DNA from: a virus
Lineage: Duplodnaviria > Caudoviricetes
Strand: one strand, 5' to 3'
IMG/VR virus record: IMGVR_UViG_3300037604_000053
Coordinates: 1 to 41,604 of that record
DNA length: 41,604 nucleotides
Numbering within the stretch: the first letter of the stretch is position 1; each line of letters begins with the position of its first letter. The notes under the pieces are model-generated. The model ran no database searches. It had not been told where the DNA came from and was given only the letters and a program-made list of their open reading frames with translations. Positions 9,316 to 16,479 of the stretch are shown piece after piece. A program made the position numbers and the translations under genes.

Positions 9316-9609
9316 ATGGCTGATATTGACCGGGAAAAATTTGCCTATGCGGTGGCTGCCGCACTGCAACGCCGGGAGTTGAGCCTGAATGCCGCTCACA
9401 AGCAGCTCGGCTTGCGCAAGGGCATGATGTCGAGGGTAGCGAACGGCTTGCCGCAATCGGCTCCAAACTATCTCCTGATTTGCAAAAAGCTGGCACTCGA
9501 CCCGTTCGAATTTCTGGTTGAGGCGGCACCGAACCCGCATTCGACTTTCGGCCTGTCGCACCGGGAAAAGCTAGAAAAAACGAGGGGTTCCAGCTCATGT
9601 CACCCGTGA
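9316..9609 (+). CDS. Cro/C1-type HTH protein
   Basis: LSLNAAHKQLGLRKGMMSRVANG...NYLLICKKLALDP. Confidence 0.75.
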   Translation: MADIDREKFAYAVAAALQRRELSLNAAHKQLGLRKGMMSRVANGLPQSAPNYLLICKKLALDPFEFLVEAAPNPHSTFGLSHREKLEKTRGSSSCHP

Positions 9610-9851
9610 AACAAACGCAGGAAACCGATTACAGCGCGGCCATGCTGCGGTTATTTCTGCAAGGCCAAATTGTGCTGGAGCGGTGTGAGACAGGATGCGC
9701 GCCGCAGGCTGCGCGGGCGGCAGTGAAGCGCCGTTTGTCAAAAACTGCGCGGGTTTCCCAACTTGCCATCGAGGGTGCCATGAAAGGCTGGGTGAGCAAC
9801 AAAACGCGGCTCAAGCTCTGGCGGTCTCTCGGAGTGGGGGGTGCCGTATGA
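9597..9851 (+). CDS. Hypothetical protein (possible HTH)
   Basis: Overlaps both neighbours; stop coupled to the MTase start. Confidence 0.65.
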   Translation: MSPVKQTQETDYSAAMLRLFLQGQIVLERCETGCAPQAARAAVKRRLSKTARVSQLAIEGAMKGWVSNKTRLKLWRSLGVGGAV

Positions 9852-10561
9852 CCGCGATCAGGAAAGAAGTTGTTATCGGTCCGCATCGCCTGCTGCTGGG
9901 CGATTGTACGGAGATCATGTCTGCGCTTGGCAGGTTTGATGCCGTGGTGACCGATCCGCCTTATGGAATTGGTGAGCATGGTGGCCGTTTTCGAGGGAGA
10001 AAAGGGCAAAAGCTGAAAGTATTGCCCAACAAGGGCTGGGATAAAAAGCGCCCTGACAAGACAATATTTGATGTGCTGCAGGGGCTTAGCCAGAAGCAGA
10101 TCATCTGGGGGGGCAATTACTTTGCTGACATGTTGCCGCCCTCGAAAGGTTGGCTCTATTGGCAGAAACTAATGGGCGGGGATTTCGCAGACGGCGAATT
10201 AGCCTGGACAAGTATAGATCGGGCGCTTCGCGAATTTAAGTGCTGTCCAAAAGGTAAGGGCGGCCTCCACCCCACACAGAAGCCCGTGGAGGTCATGCAA
10301 TGGTGCCTGGGTTTCTTGCCTGACGCGAAAACCATCCTTGACCCGTTCATGGGGTCCGGCACTACCGGCGTTGCATGTGCGAAGGCGGGCCGGGCTTTCA
10401 CCGGTATCGAGATTGACCCGGATTATTTCGAGATCGGTTGCGAGCGGATTGAAATGGCAGTCGCACAACCAGACATGCTGATTGAGGCAGCGGAGCCGCC
10501 GCCTGCACCAGTGCAACACTCGCTATTGCCGGATGAAAAGGCCAAGGGAGGTGCGCGGTGA
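9848..10561 (+). CDS. DNA N6-adenine/N4-cytosine methyltransferase (beta class)
   Basis: VVTDPPY precedes HPTQKP and ILDPFMGSGTTG. Confidence 0.93.
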   Translation: MTAIRKEVVIGPHRLLLGDCTEIMSALGRFDAVVTDPPYGIGEHGGRFRGRKGQKLKVLPNKGWDKKRPDKTIFDVLQGLSQKQIIWGGNYFADMLPPSKGWLYWQKLMGGDFADGELAWTSIDRALREFKCCPKGKGGLHPTQKPVEVMQWCLGFLPDAKTILDPFMGSGTTGVACAKAGRAFTGIEIDPDYFEIGCERIEMAVAQPDMLIEAAEPPPAPVQHSLLPDEKAKGGAR

Positions 10562-12132
10562 TTTACGGCTCCGTCTGTTCCGGCATTGAGGCGGCAAGTG
10601 TGGCGTGGGAGCCGCTTGGCTGGTCTCCGGCGTTCTTCTCGGAAATGGATCCGTTTCCCAACCATGTGCTGCATCAACGGCAAGGCTCCGGTCATCCTTG
10701 GTTTTTGCCGGACGAAAACGCCGCGAGCGATATCAAGGAGCGCAAGGAACGCGCCCGCCTGCGCAAGGGTAATGCGCCCCTGCCTAAGGAAACCCGCACG
10801 CCGAACTATGGCGACATGACGGAATATGAAAGGTGGCCCGACCATGGACCCGGCTCAGCAAGACCTATTGATCTCCTCGTCGGCGGAACGCCCTGCCAGA
10901 GCTTCAGCGTCGCCGGTGAGCGAGGTGGACTGGATGACCCGCGTGGCAACCTCATGCTCACCTATGCTTGTGTCGCTCGCCGATACCGGCCCCGATGGCT
11001 GGTTTGGGAGAACGTCCCCGGCGTCCTTTCGAGCGATCGAGGACGAGACTTTGCAAGCCTTCTGGGCCTCCTCTCCGGCAAACGCATCACCGTCCCGAAA
11101 CAAGGCTGGAAATCTGCGGGATTTGTCACGCATGGAGCGCACGGATACGGCCTTGCATGGCGAGTGCTTGACGCTCAGTTTGTGCGAGTGGACGGGTTTG
11201 AACGGGCTGTCCCTCAGAGGCGAAGGCGTGTGTTCCTTGTCGGATATTCTGGTGACTGGCGCCGTGCCGCAGCGGTACTTTTTGAGCGCGAAAGCTTGTC
11301 GGGGAATCCTGCGCCGCGCCGTGAAGCGGGCAAAGCGGTTGCCGGTACTCTTAATGCGCGCACTCACGGCGGTGGCGGGCTCGGAACCGACCTAGGTTTG
11401 GATGGGGGTTTGGTTGCCTCATCGGAGGTATCTCCTGCCTTGCGAGCGAAGGCGAACCATAGCCTGCGTTGCGATTCCCAAGCGGTTGTTGCGTGCGCAA
11501 ACTCAGGCGATGTTGCCTACTGCCTTGCAGCGCCCGCCCAGCAAAGTCTTGATGCGGAGACTGAAACGTTGATTGCGTTCGACACCACCCAGATCACCAG
11601 CCCGCATAACCGTTCCAATCCGCAATCGGGGCAGGCTTGTCATGCGCTTTCTGCCGGTTCCCACCCTCCGGCCATCGCCTTCGATAGCAAGGGAACTGAA
11701 GTCCAGTTTGAGGAAGATGGCAGCCATCCGCCCCTGCGCAGTATGGGACACAATGCCAGCTACTCGAACGCCGGCGGCCACGCTGCCATTGCTTATGCCA
11801 TACAAGAGCGCGCTGTTTCTGAGAATCCCGACACCGGGCCAGATGGGCTGGGCGTAAAAACCGATGGCTCCGCTTACACGCTGGAGGCGAGAACAACGGC
11901 CCAGATCGTCGCTCACCAATGGGCCGTGCGTCGACTTATGCCAATCGAGTGCGAGCGGCTGCAAGGGTTTCCTGATGGATACACGGAAATCGCCTGGCGC
12001 GGGAAAGTGCCCGAATTTTGCCCGGACGGCCCGCGCTACAAGGCGCTCGGCAACTCCATGGCAGTGAACGTGAAGCGCTGGCTGGCGCGGCGTATCGAAA
12101 TGGTTGAGCGCATGCGGGAGCTCGCCGCATGA
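10558..12132 (+). CDS. DNA C5-cytosine methyltransferase (alpha chain)
   Basis: Motif I SVCSGIEA, IV GGTPCQSFS, VI WENVPG, VIII VPQRRRRVFLVG, IX RRLMPIECERLQGFP and X YKALGNSMAV. Confidence 0.95.
   Translation: MIYGSVCSGIEAASVAWEPLGWSPAFFSEMDPFPNHVLHQRQGSGHPWFLPDENAASDIKERKERARLRKGNAPLPKETRTPNYGDMTEYERWPDHGPGSARPIDLLVGGTPCQSFSVAGERGGLDDPRGNLMLTYACVARRYRPRWLVWENVPGVLSSDRGRDFASLLGLLSGKRITVPKQGWKSAGFVTHGAHGYGLAWRVLDAQFVRVDGFERAVPQRRRRVFLVGYSGDWRRAAAVLFERESLSGNPAPRREAGKAVAGTLNARTHGGGGLGTDLGLDGGLVASSEVSPALRAKANHSLRCDSQAVVACANSGDVAYCLAAPAQQSLDAETETLIAFDTTQITSPHNRSNPQSGQACHALSAGSHPPAIAFDSKGTEVQFEEDGSHPPLRSMGHNASYSNAGGHAAIAYAIQERAVSENPDTGPDGLGVKTDGSAYTLEARTTAQIVAHQWAVRRLMPIECERLQGFPDGYTEIAWRGKVPEFCPDGPRYKALGNSMAVNVKRWLARRIEMVERMRELAA
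10844..11395 (+). CDS. Nested alternative-frame polypeptide (M.EcoHK31I beta-subunit-like)
   Basis: 183-aa +1-frame ORF with AAAGGTGG RBS, ending in CSLSDILVTGAVPQRYFLSAKACRGILRRAVKRAKRLP. Confidence 0.72.
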   Translation: MDPAQQDLLISSSAERPARASASPVSEVDWMTRVATSCSPMLVSLADTGPDGWFGRTSPASFRAIEDETLQAFWASSPANASPSRNKAGNLRDLSRMERTDTALHGECLTLSLCEWTGLNGLSLRGEGVCSLSDILVTGAVPQRYFLSAKACRGILRRAVKRAKRLPVLLMRALTAVAGSEPT

Positions 12133-12341
12133 CAGAAACCATCATCACGGACAGTGTCATGCGCGCGCGTATCGATTATCCGGAGGCAAGGGTGGTCGGG
12201 TCAGTTGCTGCCGCTCTGTATCTGGCAAATGGCACACGGGTGCGGATCGCGGAATATGCCGTGGGCACCGTGAACGATGGCCCGTGCCATGTGGCGCGGG
12301 TGATGATTGCGCGCGGCGATCTGGTTGAGGTGGTGGGATGA
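12129..12341 (+). CDS. Hypothetical protein
   Basis: ATGA overlaps on both sides. Confidence 0.7.
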   Translation: MTETIITDSVMRARIDYPEARVVGSVAAALYLANGTRVRIAEYAVGTVNDGPCHVARVMIARGDLVEVVG

Positions 12342-13660
12342 ATGTGGCTGAAACCTCCCGTGCCTGGTCGTGGCGGCATGCCGTGACGCTTGCCGACCTG
12401 TCCGGCGACTGCAAGCACCTGTTGCTTACGCTATCGCTGTTCATGAACGAGGAAGGTGGCTCATGCTTTCCTGAAATTGAAACGCTGATGTCCCGGACCG
12501 GGCGGGGCAAGACATGGGTTCACAAATACCTCAATGAGGCACAGCAGGCGGGATGGATCACGCGTGAGCAGGTGAGCCGAAAGAAGAAAAACGGCGATAA
12601 CCGGGGATGGCGCAGAAATGAATATACTGCCCGCTGGCCGGAGCATGTCCTGCCCGGTAATCCGGAGCCCGAATCCTGCGAAAAAGGTAGTTCGCGAGAC
12701 GAACCACCTTCGCAAAACGTGGTTCGCGAAACGCCGGAAGGTAGTTCGCGAGAAGGCAAAAAGGTAGTTCGCGAGGCGAACACTAACATTCCAGAGAACA
12801 TTCCAGAGAATCTCTCCAGCGCGCAGGCGCGCGAGAACGGCGCTGACGCGCCGGAGAGAGAGGGCGGACATGATGGTTCGGGAGGGGGGAAACCCGCAAC
12901 GACGCGTCAGGACGGAAAAGCGAAGGCTCGGGAAATCGAAACAGCGTTCAAGCGCTTTGCTCCGAAATGGCCTAAATGGCTTGCGTCCTCCGAGGACCTT
13001 GCCCGCAAGGCATGGCAGGAACTGGCGGATAATGAGCGTGAGCAGGCCGAAGACCGGATGCAGGACTACGTGGATGCCTGCCTTGAAAGCGGGATAACCC
13101 GCTCCGGGATCTGCATGCTGCAAAGCTATCTGCGGGAGAAGCGGTGGGAGCGATTGCCAGCGCCCCGGGCCAAACGCGAAGGGCCACAGTCCGTTCCCCG
13201 GTTTGGCAAGCGCTGGATGGCTTACCGGCTATGGCTGTTTGACAAGCTGGTGCCGCGTGAACCCGCCGGCAAGGCTTTCGCACTGCCGTTGCCGGGTGGC
13301 GGTTTGCACCACGTACCCCGCGACGATGACATGGCTCAACGCTACCCGTTCGTGCACTGGCTGGACCATGCGGCAACTACAGTCGCCGCAGGGCATTCAC
13401 CGCCTGACGCCGAAGACTTTGTGCGTGTGAAGGTGGGCAGTGATGTCTGGCATGGATGGGTTCACTGGCACGGTGTGCGGGAACTACCAGCACCTTTCCC
13501 GCCAGACCATGTGGAGTTTGTCTGGTTTCCCCCGGAAGGACCGGAAGGATTTGAACTGGCGAACGTGCCACCTGTGAACAGCCGTTTGGAAACTGAATAC
13601 GCAGGTAGCGATGCAGGGCAGGCCGGGCGAGGTCAGGATTGGGAGGCATTCGGCTCATGA
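12338..13660 (+). CDS. Phage replication initiator (N-terminal winged HTH)
   Basis: KHLLLTLSLFMNEEGGSCFPEIETLMSRTGRGKTWVHKYLNEAQQAGWI; low-complexity linker containing iterons; C-terminal FKRFAPKWP...YLREKRW. Confidence 0.82.
   Translation: MNVAETSRAWSWRHAVTLADLSGDCKHLLLTLSLFMNEEGGSCFPEIETLMSRTGRGKTWVHKYLNEAQQAGWITREQVSRKKKNGDNRGWRRNEYTARWPEHVLPGNPEPESCEKGSSRDEPPSQNVVRETPEGSSREGKKVVREANTNIPENIPENLSSAQARENGADAPEREGGHDGSGGGKPATTRQDGKAKAREIETAFKRFAPKWPKWLASSEDLARKAWQELADNEREQAEDRMQDYVDACLESGITRSGICMLQSYLREKRWERLPAPRAKREGPQSVPRFGKRWMAYRLWLFDKLVPREPAGKAFALPLPGGGLHHVPRDDDMAQRYPFVHWLDHAATTVAAGHSPPDAEDFVRVKVGSDVWHGWVHWHGVRELPAPFPPDHVEFVWFPPEGPEGFELANVPPVNSRLETEYAGSDAGQAGRGQDWEAFGS
12684..12775 (+). 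repeat. Iterons / putative replication origin
   Basis: AAGGTAGTTCGCGAG at 12684, 12738 and 12761; variant AACGTGGTTCGCGAA at 12716; inverted half CGAACCACCTT at 12700. Confidence 0.8.
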
Positions 13661-13944
13661 GCAGGGAAGGTTTTGACAGGGTGGCACTGGTCGAGTGTGC
13701 GGCCGTGTTCAATGCGCAGTTTGACCGGTTGCGTGGTGGTGAGGCGGCACTTGATCTGGTTGAGCAGAAAATACGAGCCGAAAGCATCAAGGGCAAACGC
13801 GGGCCAACAAAGGATCAGATGCGCAAGGCTGCCGGTTTGCGGCGTCTGATCGGTATCAGGCGGCAGGTGATGCAGGAAATGCAGGATTATGCCGACGAGA
13901 TTTCGCAAGCAATGGAAAGGCCGGGTGATGTTGATGGTCTCTGA
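13657..13944 (+). CDS. Hypothetical protein
   Basis: GGGAGG RBS; ATGA overlap. Confidence 0.7.
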   Translation: MSREGFDRVALVECAAVFNAQFDRLRGGEAALDLVEQKIRAESIKGKRGPTKDQMRKAAGLRRLIGIRRQVMQEMQDYADEISQAMERPGDVDGL

Positions 13945-14638
13945 ACTGCACAGCCACAAGGGTATCCGCATTGGTGATACCATCCCCGATGACTGGCTTG
14001 GCCATGACTGGTTTGTCGCCACCTGCAAGCCGGGCAGGGACCATGAAGCGCGTGAGATGTTTGAGGATTTCGGCATTCCCGTGCTGATGATGGAGGGGAA
14101 TGAGTTGGCACGGGCATCACGTCGTTCGGGCAAACGTGAATTGCGAACACGTATTATCTGGCCCGGTTATCTGTTTGTGGCCGGTACACCAGATACGTTC
14201 TCCCTGATGCGGGGAGGGCTGAACGATTGCAGGCATTTGATGGCAACCGAACGGAAACGGGTGATTGAACAGAAACGGGCGCACCGCCTGCTTGCTGAAG
14301 CAAGTGAAGTGCAGGTCAAGACATGGTTTTCAGACAATCCGGTGAGCGGGTGGAGGGGCACAAAACACGGGCCATTGCGGGTGGACGGGGCAACCATGCA
14401 GACGGTGTTTCTGGCGCATGAATCGGCGGCGTTCGTACATAAAAGTGTACGGGATGCGAATCGGGCGAGGGTGAGACGGGGTGATATCGTGGCTGTTTCA
14501 GTAGGCCCATTCGCATTTGTCGAAGGTATAGTGCAGCAGTTTTCCAACGGCAATGATGTTGAAATCCTTGCAGAAATTTTCAATCGCAAGACAACAGTCA
14601 AGGTTCCGTTTGACTCTCTGGAAAAAATACGGACTTAA
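13928..14638 (+). CDS. NusG-family antiterminator (late gene regulator)
   Basis: NGN domain WFVATCKPGRD...IIWPGYLFV; KOW domain GDIVAVSVGPFAFVEGIV...EIFNRKTTVKV; located just before the late operon. Confidence 0.88.
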   Translation: MLMVSELHSHKGIRIGDTIPDDWLGHDWFVATCKPGRDHEAREMFEDFGIPVLMMEGNELARASRRSGKRELRTRIIWPGYLFVAGTPDTFSLMRGGLNDCRHLMATERKRVIEQKRAHRLLAEASEVQVKTWFSDNPVSGWRGTKHGPLRVDGATMQTVFLAHESAAFVHKSVRDANRARVRRGDIVAVSVGPFAFVEGIVQQFSNGNDVEILAEIFNRKTTVKVPFDSLEKIRT

Positions 14639-14818
14639 ATGAAAACAGGATGACCGGGGTAAGTGCGAGCCATGCACCTCACCCTTTGAGGCGTACAGTG
14701 CCCCTCCCGGCCCTGCTGAACGGATGCCACCGGCCATAGATGAAAGGCCACCAGATAACGGCATACCGATTCAGCGCCAGTGCTGCCGCTATGGCAGAAT
14801 TCAGTATCAGGAAACCAG

Positions 14819-15634
14819 ATGACCAGTTTCGTACGTGGGCGGACTTCCGATCTGCTCGCGGTAAACGTGGAGATTGATGAGCGGCAATTCCGCCGTGAAC
14901 AGCGCGAACTGTTGGGCAATGACCTGCCATTCGCAACGGCACTTGCGCTGACTAACCTGGTCAAGGACATGCAGGTGGAAACCGGACGGGAGATTGGCCC
15001 CAGCTTTCACAACCCGACGAGGTTCACCCGAAATGCAACGTTCATTGAGCCTGCAAAGAAACGTGACTATCCCAACCTGACCGCTGCCGTTTATTTCAAG
15101 GATGAGGCACCAAAGGGAGTGCCGGCCGGGCGTTATCTGCATCCGAATGTTGTCGGGCGTTCCCGTGAGCACAAGGGTTTTGAAAAGGCTTTGATCCGGG
15201 CTGGTGTCATGCAACGGCAGGAATATGCGGTGCCCGGCAAGAAACTCAAGCTGAATGCAGCAGGCAATGTCAGTGTGGGTTTGATACGCCAGATGCTCAG
15301 CCAGTTGAAGGCAGGCAATGTCGAGCAGTTCGAGACAAGGGCATCACGGGAAGCAAAGCGGGGCAAGACCGGCCGTTTGCGTGGCAAGCGTTTCTTCGTT
15401 GCAAGCGATAACTCAGTCTTGCCGCGTGGGATATACCAGCGTACCGGCCGCAAGGAGCCGCAACTGGTCTTTCTCTTTGTGAGGGACAAACCGGACTATA
15501 GCCGAAGGCTGCCGTTCCGCTCCATCCAGGAGGACGTAAGCCGCCGCCGTTCCCGCAGGGTTTTTGATCTGGATTTTGAACAAGTGGTTGCAGGAAACCG
15601 CAAACGCCGGACAGGCATAGGCAAACGCGGCTAA
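14819..15634 (+). CDS. Basic phage protein, possible tail-completion (gpZ-like) protein
   Basis: Arg/Lys-rich; LPFATALALT...PTRFTRNA. Start position uncertain. Confidence 0.6.
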   Translation: MTSFVRGRTSDLLAVNVEIDERQFRREQRELLGNDLPFATALALTNLVKDMQVETGREIGPSFHNPTRFTRNATFIEPAKKRDYPNLTAAVYFKDEAPKGVPAGRYLHPNVVGRSREHKGFEKALIRAGVMQRQEYAVPGKKLKLNAAGNVSVGLIRQMLSQLKAGNVEQFETRASREAKRGKTGRLRGKRFFVASDNSVLPRGIYQRTGRKEPQLVFLFVRDKPDYSRRLPFRSIQEDVSRRRSRRVFDLDFEQVVAGNRKRRTGIGKRG

Positions 15635-15695
15635 GGCTGGTCATCCCGTGGTGAGCGTACACTGTTGAGGTGCATCGGGTCGCAGAAAGTGTTTC

Positions 15696-15741
15696 GGGTC
15701 CTTCCTGGGCACCCCATCCCCCTCGAGTAATTCGAACCCTG
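15696..15741 (+). other. Putative cos site (cosQ GGGTCCT; predicted cohesive end AGTAATTCGAAC at 15726-15737)
   Basis: Lambda cosQ heptamer in the gap upstream of the small terminase; the lambda-like 23-nt spacing lands on a partially symmetric site. Confidence 0.65.
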
Positions 15742-15831
15742 TTTTTCTCAAAATTTTAGTAGACGGGCGGGGCTGCGGTTGAGATTCGGGTTGTTGTTTG
15801 GTTCCGGTGCAACAGATCCATCGTCCAGCAA

Positions 15832-16479
15832 ATGGTGAGCAATTTGCAGTTTGAATTCGACATCGACGAATTGTTGGCGCGCTATCCGCTGGCTGATGAT
15901 TTTGAGGATATCGTCATGAACAAGACGAACCTCGCAACCGCGCTCGGCAAGTCAACAAACACGATTGACGAGTATGTGCGAAAGGGCATGCCGGTGAAGT
16001 CAGCCGGCACCAATGGCAGCTCATACGAATTCCAGCTTTCCCATTGCTACGCCTGGTACATGGGATGGAAGCAACATGACCTTGATGTTGCAAGAAAACA
16101 GGAGTCGGTTGCGCAGCAGCTGCGGCTATCCCTTCTCAATGACGATGAAGGAGAGTTCAACGGGTTGACGCCCTCCCAGCAAAGGGACGTCTACAAGGCC
16201 GAACAGGAATACATGACCACGGCCGAGTTTCGCCGTCTCCATTGCAAGCGTGCTGATGTTGAGCAGTGCCTGGAAAAACTTTTCGCTATCCTGGTGCGAA
16301 ACCTGCAGGGTCTGCCGGATGTGATGGAGCGGGAGCTAGGCCTCGATACTGTCCAGGTGGATCGGGCGGTTCGAATTTGTGACAACCAGATATCCCTGCT
16401 GAACAAGGAAATTTCCAACTCTGACCTGATGCCGGGTTCAGATAATCAGACAGCAACAGATGAAAGGCAGGCAGTGTGA
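15832..16479 (+). CDS. Terminase small subunit (Nu1-like)
   Basis: Winged HTH MNKTNLATALGKSTNTIDEYVRKGMPV; directly precedes the large subunit. Confidence 0.88.
   Translation: MVSNLQFEFDIDELLARYPLADDFEDIVMNKTNLATALGKSTNTIDEYVRKGMPVKSAGTNGSSYEFQLSHCYAWYMGWKQHDLDVARKQESVAQQLRLSLLNDDEGEFNGLTPSQQRDVYKAEQEYMTTAEFRRLHCKRADVEQCLEKLFAILVRNLQGLPDVMERELGLDTVQVDRAVRICDNQISLLNKEISNSDLMPGSDNQTATDERQAV

Noticed and set aside
7369-12132. Complete restriction-modification system
   Set aside because: No recognisable restriction endonuclease near any of the three MTases.
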